Source of the DNA: Malacoraja senta
Lineage: Eukaryota
DNA length: 60,000 bases
Reading direction: 5' to 3'
Assembly: GCA_038087875.1 (NCBI GenBank)
Contig: CM075987.1
Coordinates: 20,028,001-20,088,000, forward strand
The notes under the pieces are model-generated. The model saw only the letters and a list, made by a program, of their open reading frames with translations, did no database searches and had not been told where the DNA came from. Position numbers and translations under genes: made by a program. This document shows positions 1 through 11,229 of the stretch, piece after piece. Numbering within the stretch: the stretch's first letter is position 1; every line of letters starts with the position of its first letter.

Positions 1-363
1 ATGATACAACTGACGCAAAAAATAAGTGCAATGTCACTCGGTCCATTTCAGTCAACGGAAAATAATAATAATAATATTGGCAATCCATCCAATCCCAGGG
101 GTACCCGCCCTGTTTTCTACAGATTTCTGAGGGCCCTGTTTGAACTTTTTTGTATTGGCTGGACATTTTGTGACACATGACCCAATTTAGGATAATTTGT
201 ATAAAATTGCTGCGAATATGCAAACCTAATTAATCAATGAAGTAACGCTTCAAAGTCCATGCACAATTATTGGTCTATTTCCAGGTCAAATTAGTTATTA
301 ATTGGTGGATTCACAACGTTTGTTATTGCTTTTAAAATGAAAGAATGTTCTTTTCTTTACCAG

Positions 364-417
364 GGCGTGGCAGGATTCATGGGACCAATTGGAGCGCTTG
401 GGAAGATTGGGGAAAAG
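364..417 (+). CDS. Fibrillar collagen (clade C, COL27A1/COL24A1-like) triple-helix exon A, GVAGFMGPIGALGKIGEK
   Basis: 54 bp, polypyrimidine tract + cag acceptor at 361-363, gta donor at 418; six Gly-X-Y triplets in phase 0. Confidence 0.93.
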
Positions 418-936
418 GTATATAAAATTAATACCGTCTATTTATGTTAAACCTGAGATGTTGAAATATAATAAGCATCAGAATTACGCATGGATATTAA
501 CGGCTGTTTTGAAGAAAAAAAATATGCCATCTAACCCAGTGATAGGTTTCAAGTCCATAGTATGTAAAGGCATTGCATTTAATCCATTCTCTACAATTAA
601 CACATTACTCAATTTGTTGGAAATAGAATTTAATTTTTGTCCCATATTGGCAAATTCCATTAATTTGCAGAAGCAAATCCCCTCACAGGTGAAGTAACAG
701 GGAATGTCAGAAATAATTCAGGCATTTTAATGGAAAATTTGCCTTTTATCCAGGAAAGGTTGGAAGCACATGCAAAATGAACCAAAATAAGGAACTGAAT
801 GTGATTTAAAGAAAAGGGAAACAATGTTTAAAATTTGTAATTTAGATGGTATGTATGGTATATTTTGCTATTCAATCACTAAGCTTCATTTTTCTATGGG
901 GAGTTGACTGCATAAAGGGATATGGTGCTACATGGA

Positions 937-1024
937 TAGACACAAAATGCTGCAGTAACTCAGCGGGTCAGGCAGCATCTCTGGAGAACATGGATAGGTG
1001 ACATTTCGGGTCGGGACCCTTCTT
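937..1024 (-). mobile_element. Penelope-derived terminal module, left arm of a palindrome split by a CR1 insertion
   Basis: atagacacaaaatgctgcagtaactcagcgggtcaggcagcatctctggagaacatggataggtgacatttcgggtcgggacccttctt is the inverted repeat of 4262-4345 and matches the 3' end of the Penelope copy at 52853-52952. Confidence 0.75.
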
Positions 1025-4000
1025 AGAAACATAGAACATAGAAAAATAGGTGCAGGAGTAGGCCATTCGGCCCTTCGAGCCTGCACCGCCATTCAATATG
1101 ATCATGGCTGATCATCCAACTCGGTATCCTGTACCTGCTTTCTCTCCATACCCCCTGATCCCTTTAGCCACAAGGGCCACATCTAACTCCCTCTTAAATA
1201 TAGCCAATGAACTGGCCTCAACTACATTCTGTGGCAGAGAATTCCAGAGATTCACCACTCTCTGTGTAAAAAATGTTTTTCTCATCTCAGTCCTAAAAGA
1301 TTTCCCCTTTATCCTTAAACTGTGACCCCTTGTTCTGGACTTCCCCAACATCGGGAACTATCTTCCTGCATCTAGCCTGTCCAACCCCTTAAGAATTTTG
1401 TAAGTTTCTATAAGATCCCCCCTCAATCTTCTAAATTCTAGCGAGTACAAGCCGAGTCTATCCAGTCTTTCTTCATATGAAAGTCCTGACATCCCAGGAA
1501 TCAGTCTGGTGAACCTTCTCTGTACTCCCTCTATGGCAAGAATGTCCTTCCTCAGATTACGAGACCAAAACTGTACGCAATACTCCAGGTGTGGTCTCAC
1601 CAAGACCCTGTACAACTGCAGTAGAACCTCCCTGCCCCTATACTCAAATCCTTTTGCTATGAATGCTAACATACCATTCGCTTTCTTCACTGCCTGCTGC
1701 ACCTGCATGTCTACTTTCAATGACTGGTGTACCATGACACCCAGGTCTCGTTGCATCTCCCCTTTTCCTAATCGGCCACCATTCAGGTAATAGTCTACTT
1801 TCCTGTTTTTGCCACCAAAGTGGATAACTTCACATTTATCCACATTATACTGCACCTACCATGCATTTGCCCACTCACCATTTGCAGCCTCCTAGCACCC
1901 TCCTCACAGCTAACACTGCCCCCCAGCTTCGTGTCATCCGCAAACTTGGAGATGTTGCATTCAATTCCCTCGTCCAAATCATTAATATATATTGTAAATA
2001 GCTGGGGTCCCAGCACTGAGCCTTGCGGTACCCCACTAATCACTGCCTGCCATTCTGAAAAGGACCCGTTTACTCCTACTCTTTGCTTCCTGTCTGCCAG
2101 CCAGTTCTCTATCCACATCAATACTGAACCCCCAATACCGTATGCTTTAAGTTTGTATATTAATCTCTTATGTGGGACCTTGTCGAAAGCCTTCTGAAAG
2201 TCCAGATATAACACATCCACTGGTTCTCCCTTATCCACTCTACTAGTTACATCCTCGAAAAATTCTATAAGATTCGTCAGACATGATTTACCTTTCATAA
2301 ATCCATGCTGACTTTGTCCAATGATTTCACCATTTTACAAATGTGCTGCTATCCCATCTTTAATAACTGACTCTAGCAGTTTCCCCACTACCGATGTTAG
2401 ACTAACTGGTCTGTAATTCCCCGTTTTCTCTCTCCCTCCCTTTTTAAAAAGCGGGGTTACATTAGCTACCCTCCAATCCTCAGGTACTACTCCAGAATCT
2501 AAAGAGTTTTGAAAAATTATCACTAATGCATCCACTATTTCTGGGGCTACTTCCTTAAGTACTCTGGGATGCAGCCTATCTGGCCCTGGGGATTTATCGG
2601 CCTTTAATCCATTCAATTTACCTAACACCACTTCCCGGCTAACCTGGATTTCACTCAGTTCCTCCATCTCATTTGACCCCCGGTCCCCTGCTATTTCCGG
2701 CAGATTAATTAAGTCTTCCTTAGTGAAGACAGAACCAAAGTAGTTATTCAATTGGTCTGCCATGTCCTTGTTCCCCATGATCAATTCACCTGTTTCTGAC
2801 TGCAAGGGACCTACATTTGTTTTAACTAACCTTTCTCCACATATCTATAAAAACTTTTGCAGTCAGTTTTTATGTTCCCTGCCAGTTTTCTTTCATAATC
2901 TATTTCCCCTTTCCTAATTAAACCCTTTGTCCTCCTCTGCTGGACTCTGAATTTCTCCCAGTCCTCTGGTAGGCTGCTTTTTCTGGCTAATTTGTATGCT
3001 TCGTCTTTTGTTTTGATACTATCCCTGATTTCCCTTGTTATCCACGGATGCACTACCTTCCCTGATTTATTATTTTGCCAAACTGGGATGAACAATTGTT
3101 GTAGATCATACATGCAGCCTTTAAATGCCTTCCATTGCATATCCACCGTCAACCCTTTAAGAATCAATTGCCAGTCTATCTTGGCCAATTCACGTCTCAT
3201 ACCCTCAAAGTTACCTTTCTTTAAGTTCAGAACCCTTGTTTCTGAATTAATTATGTCACTCTCCATCCTAATGAAGAACTCAACTATATTATGGTCACTC
3301 TTGCCCAAGGGGCCACGCACAACAAGACTGCTAACTAACCCTTCCTCATTACTCAATACCCAGTCTAGAATAGCCTGCTCTCTCGTTGGTTCCTCTACAT
3401 GTTGATTTAGAAAACTATCCCGCATACATTCCAAGAAATCCTCTTCCTCAGCACCCCTGCCAATTTGATTCACCCAATCTATATGTAGATTGAAGTCACC
3501 CATTATAACTGTTTTACCTTTGTTGCATGCATTTCTAATTTCCTGTTTGATGCCATCCCCAACTCCACTACTACTGTTGGGTGGTCTGTATACAACTCCC
3601 ACTAGCCTTTTCTGCCCCGTAGTGTTTCGCAGCTCTACCCATATCGATTCCACATCCTCCAAGCTAATGTCATTCCTTTCTATTGCGTTAATCTCCTCTC
3701 TAACCAGCAACGCTACCCCACCTCCTTTTCCTTTCTGTCTATCCCTCCTGAATATTGAATATCCCTGGTTGTTCAGCTCCCAGCCTTGGTCACCCTGGAG
3801 CCATGTCTTCGTGATCCCAACTATATCATAGTCATTAATAGCTATCTGCACATTCAACTCATCCACCATATTACGAATGCTCCTTGCATTGAGACACAAA
3901 GCCTTCAGGCTTGTTTTTACAACACTCTTACCCCTTATACAATTATGTTGAAAAATGGCCCTTTTTGATTTTTGCCCTGAATTTGTCTGCCTACCACTTT

Positions 4001-4235
4001 TACTTTTCACCTTGCCACCTATTGCTTCTACCCTCATTTTACACCCCTCTGTCTCTCTGCTCACACATTTAAGAAACCCACCACCTCTTATTCTCTGTTT
4101 ATTATCTTTTTCTTCTTTCCCCCCTACATGTTGGGTCTGAGTGCTTCCCTTCTCTGCCTCCTGCCTCACACACTGTCTACTAGTTTTCTCTATTTGAGTC
4201 CCTCCCCCCAACCGTTCTAGTTTAAAGTCTCCCCT
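1025..4235 (-). mobile_element. CR1-clade LINE, 5'-truncated near the end of ORF1; essentially complete ORF2 (APE endonuclease + RT) broken by stops and frameshifts
   Basis: ORF pieces 2826-4283, 2335-2805, 1795-2298, 1358-1855 and 1112-1351 carry CLNARS, MGDFN, ILDWVL, LGKSDH (APE) and [39 protein letters not shown] (RT); 3' hairpin and (TTCTATGT)n-type tail at ~1025-1045. Confidence 0.95.
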
Positions 4236-4378
4236 GACTGATTCTAGTAGGGAAGTTTGAAAAGGGTCTCGATCCGATGTCATCTTTCCATGTTCTCCAG
4301 AGACACTGCCTGACCCGCTGAGTTATGCCATCCTTTTGTGTCTATCTTTAGTATAAACCAGCATCTGCAGTTTTTGTT
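4236..4378 (+). mobile_element. Penelope-derived terminal module, right arm of the palindrome begun at 937
   Basis: aagggtctcgatccgatgtcatctttccatgttctccagagacactgcctgacccgctgagtt...ttttgtgtctat...aaaccagcatctgcag. Confidence 0.75.
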
Positions 4379-4650
4379 TTAATTACATTAATGTACCATT
4401 GATACAAGAAGGATATCCCCATGAATCTGGTTCAAGTGTAAACGCAAAAAGCTGAAGACATTACAATTCTGAATCCAAACTCTCAACATTTTACACTGCC
4501 CTTTCTCCATCATTTTCGAAACACATTGGATCCATGATAATGAGCGCAACCAAGGGCATTGGTCCCATCTCTCTAAAGTTTCATGTTAGAGCGTTGTGTA
4601 AAGTGTACTCTGGAATACCCACTGACCATTGCTTGCTCTTGTTTCTGCAG

Positions 4651-4704
4651 GGTGATCGTGGTGAAACAGGTCCTCCAGGCCCTCCAGGAGTTAAGGGAGC
4701 AATG
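4651..4704 (+). CDS. Collagen exon B, GDRGETGPPGPPGVKGAM
   Basis: 54 bp, tttctgcag acceptor, gtaagg donor, phase 0. Confidence 0.95.
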
Positions 4705-4724
4705 GTAAGGAGTATGTTTGGTTT

Positions 4725-6220
4725 CCCTCTCCCTATCTCTTTGCCTCCCTACACTCCTGCTCCTACAACTACTCAAACTCTTTTGCCTGTCTCTACAAAC
4801 CTTCCCCACTCCCCTTCCTTAATCCTCTTTTACTACCTTCTCACTCCCCCCTGCCCTCTTTCCTGACTTCTTTCTCCACCCATTTCCCCCTCATTTTTCT
4901 GCAGTGTCCATCTCTCTGTCTGTTAGTGTGCAAAATTAGAGCACATGGTATTGTGGGTAGGGTATTGACATGTATAGAGAACTGGTTGGTAGACAGGAAG
5001 CAAAGAGTAAGAATTAACGGGTCCTTTTCAGAATGCAGTCAGTGACTAGTGGGGTGCCGCAAGGCTTGGTGCTGGGACCCTAGTTATTTACAATATATAT
5101 TAACGATTTAGACGAGGGAAATAAATGTGACATCTCCAAGTTTGCGGATGACACAAAGCTGGGTGGCAGTGTGAGCTGCGATGCGGATGCTATGAGGCTG
5201 CAGGGTGACTTGGATAGGTTGGGTGAGTGGGCATTATTGCTATTGAGGGAATGCTGCGTAGGTTCACCAGGTTAATTCCCGGGATGGCGGGACCGACATA
5301 TGATGAAAGAATGGGTCGACTGGGCTTGTATTCACTGGAATTTAGGATGAGAGGGGATCTTATAGAAACATATAAAATTCTTAAAGGATTGGACAGGCTA
5401 GATGCAGGAAAAATGTTCCTGATGTTGGGGGAGTCCAGAACGAGGGGTAACAGTTTAACAATAAGGGGTAGGCTATTTAGGAGTGAGATGAGGAAATTCT
5501 TCTTCACCCAAAGAGTTGTGAATCTGCGGAATTCTCTATCACAGACGGCAGTGGAGGCCAATTCACTTGTTGTTTTCAAGAGAGAGTTATATTTAGCTCT
5601 TAGGGCTAAAGGAATGAATGAATATGGGGAAAACGGGGTACTGATTTTAGATGATCAACCTTGATCATATTGAATGGTGGTGCTGGCTCGAAGGGCCGAA
5701 TGGCCTATTCCTGCACCTATTTTTCTATGTTTCTATGTTTCCCATTCTTCCTTCTCATTCCCCTGCTCATCTCCTTTTTTACCCTTTCCCCTTCTCTTTA
5801 CCAACCGCTTTCACATCAACTACCCCTTCTCCCCTCTTGTCTCTTCACCATCTTCTCATTCCCTCCCTTCTCTCTGCCCTCTCTTTCTCTTTTTCCCTTA
5901 TCTCTTAGCATTCCACTTCTTCCCTTCTCTCTTCCCTAGCCTCCTCTACCTTCCCTTTCCCCTTTTCATTCTCTTCCTCGGCTCCCTTTCTCAACCCTTT
6001 GCTCTTGACCATTAATGTATGTTTTTCCTCTTCTTATTCTCCTTCCTCTCTCCTTCCCCTACCATCCTGTCCTTTTACCTCCTCTCCTCCTTTCCCACCC
6101 CATTGCTTCCTCACATTCCTTTCCCCTGCTATCTCTCAACTCTCTTAACCTCTTTTTCTCCTTCCAATTATCTCCCTCTCCCTTATTTACTTGGTCCTCC
6201 CCCATACCCTCTCCCCCATG
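4725..6220. repeat. Pyrimidine-rich (CT) low-complexity tract, interrupted by the CR1 fragment at 4925-5740
   Basis: Near-exclusive C/T composition at ~4725-4920 and ~5740-6220. Confidence 0.7.
4925..5740 (+). mobile_element. CR1 3' fragment with an internal deletion at ~5232
   Basis: RT segment (gtgccgcaaggcttggtgctgggaccc, aagtttgcggatgacacaaag) joined directly to the RRFTRLIPGM...FFTQRVVNL C-terminus; ttctatgtttctatgttt tail. Confidence 0.9.
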
Positions 6221-6277
6221 TTATTACGAAAGCCATGTTTTCTGAGTTATGTTGACAGTTTCCATCCATCATACACA

Positions 6278-6591
6278 TTTGTTTAGTTTAGTTTAGAGAT
6301 ACAGCACAGAAACAGGACCTTCAGTCCACCGAGTCCGCGCCGACCAGCAATCCCTGCACACTAACACTATCCTTCACACACTAGGGATAATTTACAATCC
6401 TTACTAGCAAATTAACCTACAAACCTCTAGGTCTTTGGAGCGTGGGAAGAAACCCGAGATCTCGGAGAAAACCCACGCAGGTCACGGGGAGGATGTACAA
6501 ACTCTTTACAGACAGCACCCGCAGTCAGGATCGAACCCGGATCTTTGGCATTGTAAGGTAGCAACTCAACCACTGTGCCACCATGCCGCCC
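6278..6591 (-). mobile_element. tRNA-derived V-SINE (HE1-like of sharks/rays)
   Basis: Minus strand: gggcggcatggtggcacagtgg (A box), ccgggttcgatcctgac (B box), V-domain gagtttgtacatcctccccgtgacctgcgtgggttttctcc, (CTAAA)n tail. Confidence 0.85.
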
Positions 6592-6919
6592 AGTTGCATG
6601 ATGAGAAAATAATAGCTTCATGATTATTTCTTAGATTACTGACAGACTTGCACAATGGATAAAATATACTCCTATAAATGCAAGTTCTAAAATGCATAGA
6701 GTCTGCAATTTTTTATTATCAGGAATTCGGAAATAAAATACTGCCAGTGTTGTAAATCGGACATAACAAGGGAAGGTTATAATCACACAACAGGCCAATG
6801 CTACAACTGCAGAAAGTGAAGCAGAGTTAATGTTTTATCAATGTCGACTCCCGTCAACAATGCTGCCTGGTCTTCTGAATATTTCCAACATTTTCTGTAA
6901 GATTTTAATAAACAGGATT

Positions 6920-7242
6920 GGCGGCACAATAGCACAGCTGGTAGACTGCTGCCTCAGCACCAGAGACCCGGGTTCATTCCTGACCTTGGCTATTGTCTAG
7001 CTTTGAGAGTTTGCACGTTCTTCATGTGACTGCATGGGATTCCTCCCGGTGCCCCTTTCATATCTCAAAGACGTGTGGGTTTGTAGGTTGACTGGCCTCT
7101 GTAAATTCCCGTTAGTGTGTAGGGGGTGGATGTGAAAGTGGGATAACATAGAACGAGTGTGACCAGGTGATCAATGGACGGTGTAGGCTCCATGGGCCAA
7201 AGAGCCTGTTTCCATACTCTTAACTCCAAAAATAAAAACTTA
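6920..7242 (+). mobile_element. V-SINE (HE1-like), diverged copy
   Basis: ggcggcacaatagcacagctggtag...gacccgggttcattcc...gagtttgcacgttcttcatgtgactgcatggg; LINE-like tail gggccaaagagcctgtttcc. Confidence 0.8.
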
Positions 7243-7380
7243 AGGATTAAAAATAGACCTGGCAATGTACAGTGTTTTTTTTTTTAACCTTACATTTCAA
7301 TGCACAGGCACAAATGGGATGTGTTTTAAGTAATATTGGTCTTAAATTTTACTCAGCTCTTTTGATAAAATACATCTCTT

Positions 7381-7583
7381 GATGCTCCTGAACACATCAT
7401 CAGTGATGTAACCTGGGGGTCATTGGGTGTTTCGGGTCTTTCAACATCAGACACCCTCACCCAGGTGACCCAGCCGTGGTTGATCAGACCACGACTTGTG
7501 TTCAGGTGGCACTCACTCCGCCCCATCGACCTCCTCCTGATCCAGAGCCATCTCGAGGCTTTCTCCGCTGCCTCTGTGGTGTT
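7381..7583 (-). mobile_element. 3' end of a HERO-type (RLE, R2-superfamily) non-LTR retrotransposon
   Basis: Minus strand translates NTTEAAEKASRWLWIRR, then gggtgtctgatgttgaaagacccgaaacacccaatgaccccaggttacatcactgatgatgtg, resembling recalled fish HERO 3' ends. Confidence 0.65.
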
Positions 7584-7928
7584 AGATATTTCTTATCAAA
7601 AGCAAACATTTTATGGGATTATATTCAATTAATGGTGGTTCAATTATGTTATATTTGTCACATATGCAACTGGACAGTGAAATTCTTTTTTGCATATATT
7701 ACACGTGGAAGCGCCATGTTTTGCCGCCATTTCCAAAATCCAAAGTCCAGTCGGCCCATGTGCTCGATGTGCTGGAGCACTTTCCATGAACCAACTCCTC
7801 TCCTCGCTGGATTCACCAGGGTTAAAAATCGGGCAACAAGCTTGAATTATTCTTATTACGAGAGAGATTATGTGAATAGTTCATAGTTTGAAGGTTGTGA
7901 ATTACTGTGACCAGGTAAATTAGCAGAT

Positions 7929-8190
7929 GTAGACACAAGGAACTGTGAATGTTGGTTTGAACAAAAAAAGACACAAAGTACTGGAGTAACGGTCAGGCAG
8001 CATGTGAGGAGGTGAATAGGTGACATATTGGGTTTGGAATCTTCTTCAGACTAATTGTAGTAGAACGAATAAAGCTGGAAAAGAGGTGGGGGGGGGCAGG
8101 ATAAAGCAAGGCAAGTGATAGGTGGATACAGGTGAGGGGGTGTGGTTGGTGGATGGCTGGACAAAGGCCAGAAATGAAAAGACAAAAGGG
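7929..8190 (-). mobile_element. Penelope-derived 3' module, degraded
   Basis: gacacaaggaactg...gacacaaagtactggagtaac...ggtgacatattgggtttggaatcttcttcagact followed by a purine-rich segment. Confidence 0.6.
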
Positions 8191-8204
8191 GAGAAGAGGG
8201 AATC

Positions 8205-8760
8205 GAGGAGCAGTGGGCTTAAGGTGAGGGGAGGAAAGATTTAATGGGAATCTGAAGGGCAACCTTTTCACACAAAGGGTGGTAGGTAAAGAGCTGCTGA
8301 AGGAGGTGGTTGAGGCAGGTACAAGGATGGGATAGGTTTGGAGAGGTATGGGCCAAATGCAGGCATGTGGGACTAGTATAGTGTAGATGGGGCATGTTGG
8401 ACAGCATGGACAAGTTTAGTTGAGTTTAGTTTGGAGATACAGTGCAGAACCAGGCCCTTCCGCCAAACGAGTCTGGAACGACCCGCACATTAACACTACC
8501 CTACGTACACTAGGAACAATTTACATTAATAACAAGCCAATTAACCTACAAACCTGTACGCCTTTGGAGTGTGGGAGGAAACTGAAGACCTCGGAGAAAA
8601 CCGACGCAGTCACAGGGAGAACGTACAAACTACGTACAGTCAGCACCCTTAGTCAGGATTGAACCCGGGTCTCCGGGGCTGAAAGCGCTGTAAGGCAGCA
8701 ATTCTACCTCTGCGCCACCGTGGGTCAAGGGGTCTCTTTCCACACTATATGACTCTATGA
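8205..8760 (+). mobile_element. CR1/HER1-like 3' tail interrupted by a SINE
   Basis: gaaagatttaatgggaatctgaagggcaaccttttcacacaaagggtgg...ggacaagtt, resuming after 8722 as ggtcaaggggtctctttcc...gactctatga. Confidence 0.75.
8414..8722 (-). mobile_element. V-SINE (HE1-like) nested in a CR1 tail
   Basis: Same A/B box, V-domain and (CTAAA)n tail as 6278-6591. Confidence 0.85.
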
Positions 8761-9058
8761 ATCTAAGATGTGATATGTGATCCAAGAGGAAGGGATATAG
8801 GTGGAAGGGGATGAGGATAAAGGGAGGTGGGATTGTGGGAGAAATGGGTATGCATCCAATTGGGACAGGGAAAGGAAGAGGGGTAAAGGTGGGAGGGGAG
8901 TATTTGTTGCAGATAAATAAATAAACTAACAGAAGTGTTTCTCAAAGGTACAATGGCCTTGTCAGAGTTTTTGTGCCATCTTTACTACATCCAGCTGCTG
9001 AACTGCTCCATCTGGTGGCCGCAGTAAATATGAATTATTAAAAATAATGAAGAAACCA

Positions 9059-9267
9059 GCTGTCTGTACAGAGTTTGTACGTTCGCCCCGTGACCGCGTG
9101 GGTTTCTCCCGAGTGCTCCAGTTTCCTCCCACACTCCAAAGATGTATAGGTTTGCAGAATAATTTGGATTTGGTAAAAATTGTAAATTGTCCCTAGTGTG
9201 TAGGATAGTGTTAGTGTACGGGGATCGCAGACTCGGTGTGCTATATCTCTAAAAACTAAAAACTAAA
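9059..9267 (+). mobile_element. 5'-truncated V-SINE
   Basis: gctgtctgtacagagtttgtacgttcgccccgtgaccgcgtgggtttctcc...ctaaaaactaaaaactaaa. Confidence 0.8.
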
Positions 9268-9804
9268 GTTGAGAAATGAATTGATTAAATATATAAATTG
9301 ATTTTCCAAATTCTTCTTAATTACAATGTTTCTGTCGTGCCTACTGACATGATTAATCTTATAGACTAATGTGTAATTATCAAACCACAGGGGTGATGTA
9401 TTACAAATATAATTCTAAAAATATACTATATTTTAACATGTTGCTCAAGATAACTGCACTGTATTCAGAATTAAGGAACAGAATCTCAGGACAGATTTTT
9501 TTTTTTGTCAGGAAGATGCTAGCTTTGTATTTGCATTGTGGTATTGGTACACTGAGGTGTCAGTAAATAGGCTCCTTGTGTGCCTCTCCACATGTGGAAT
9601 CCTATTTACTGACAAAAATGACATCCAGTAACGTTACCTAAGGTCTCAGTGATCAGAAGCCAGGTACTTTCAACACAGAAGTAAAAGGGGTAGTTGGACC
9701 ACAACACTGTTTTACCAACTGACTATGTTTTACTATGTTTTCATCCAAGAAAAGTAGCTTGGCAAAGGAGATTGGAAATTGAGAGAGGAATGTAATGTAA
9801 TGTA

Positions 9805-9980
9805 AAAACAAGGAACTGCAGATGCTGGTTTACAAAAAAAATCACAAAATGGTGGAATAACTCAACAGGTTAGTCAGCATTCCTGGAGAACAGTCGAAGA
9901 AGGGTCCCGATCCAAAAACGCCACCTATCCGTTCTCCAAGGATGGTGCCTGATCCGCTGAGTTACTTCACAACTTTGAGT
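9805..9980. mobile_element. Penelope-derived palindromic module, degraded
   Basis: aacaaggaactgcagatgctggtt...taactcaacagg / gaagaagggtcccgatccaaaaacgccacc...ccgctgagttac. Confidence 0.65.
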
Positions 9981-10342
9981 AATAAACCTCAACTTGTTTG
10001 CACAGTTTTCAAAGACAAAGCGTGGCATGGTTGGACAGCTTTAACCAATTTTATGCAGATTTCTGAGTGCGATATCTTTGGTCGTTAATGAGGATTGACT
10101 TACTGGTACAGGAACTTTATATAACCTTGTACTCTTTTCCCATTGTCCCGCTTACATATATGATGTCAGTTGCAGACTGAGTCCCAAAGTCTGTTTCTGA
10201 TGAGACATTCAACCACCTTGGTTAAAATCACAAATGGTGGGTTTTCATCGAGGAAGAAAGAGCATTTGATAATGATGAAGGCACAAACTTAGTTCAAGGG
10301 GTCAGGCACATTTACCAACAGTAGAGGGCAGAATGCTGCACC

Positions 10343-10864
10343 ATTCTAGCCATAGAGGGAGTGCAGAGAAGGTTCACCAGACTGATTCCTGGGATGTCAG
10401 GACTTTCATATGAAGAAAGACTGGATAGACTTGGCTTATACTCGCTAGAATTTAGGAGATTGAGAGGGGATCTTATAGAAACATACAAAATTCTTATGGG
10501 GTTGGACAGGCTAGATGCAGGAAGATTGTTCCTGATGTTGGGGAAGTCCAGGACAAGGGGTCACAGCTTAAGGATAAGGGGGAAATCCTTTAAGACCGAG
10601 ATGAGGAAAAACTTTTTCACACAGAGAGTGGTGAATCTCTGGAACTCTCTGCCACAGAGGGTAGTTGAGGCCAGTTCATTGGCTATATTTAAGAGGGAGT
10701 TAGATGTGGCCCTTGTGGCTAAAGGGATCAGGGGGTATGGAGAGAAGGCAGGTACGGGATACTGAGTTGGATGATCAGCCATGATCATATTGAATGGCGG
10801 TGCAGGCTCGAAGGGCCGAATGGCCTACTCCTGCACCTATTTTCTATGTATTTCTATGTATTCT
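10343..10864 (+). mobile_element. Young CR1 3' fragment, same subfamily as 1025-4235
   Basis: ORF 10361-10765 is nearly identical in translation to the C-terminus of the large copy; tttctatgtatttctatgta tail; attct present at both ends. Confidence 0.92.
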
Positions 10865-11229
10865 TTGCCAAAAGCATCAAACAAATTGACTCAAACTGGG
10901 ATACCATTTACCACATTCTCAGGTAATTTCAGCAAAATTCAGTGGCTACAAATGCCAAAATTTTGCAAACGAGAAGCACTTCCATTGTCAACAGATGAGA
11001 AATTAGTAAAATAAAAATGGAGAAAGACCTCTGACAAAACACGTGGTGTTCGTGGTAAAAGTTGCCAGACCATCTATAAGATGTTAGGGTACTTTTATGA
11101 TTGCCTGCACTTTTGGGAACTCTGCACTCTATCCCTTTAGGCTCCTTGAAGTAGAAATGCAAAGGACACATTTATGAAAAATCTGGTAGAAATGTTGCCT
11201 TTTTGCACTAAATGTGTGTACAGCAAGTG

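Noticed and set aside
389..697. ORF-track ORFs overlapping collagen exons (also 4534-4866, 47054-47386)
   Set aside because: They run through splice sites into intron; only the 45/54-bp Gly-X-Y segments are supported
1509..4140. Several plus-strand ORFs of 60-137 aa
   Set aside because: Antisense shadows of the CR1 ORF2
7425..7456. Minus-strand ctgatg...gaaac in the HERO tail resembling a hammerhead core
   Set aside because: Reads CTGATGT not CTGANGA, has no stem II and no NUH site in register
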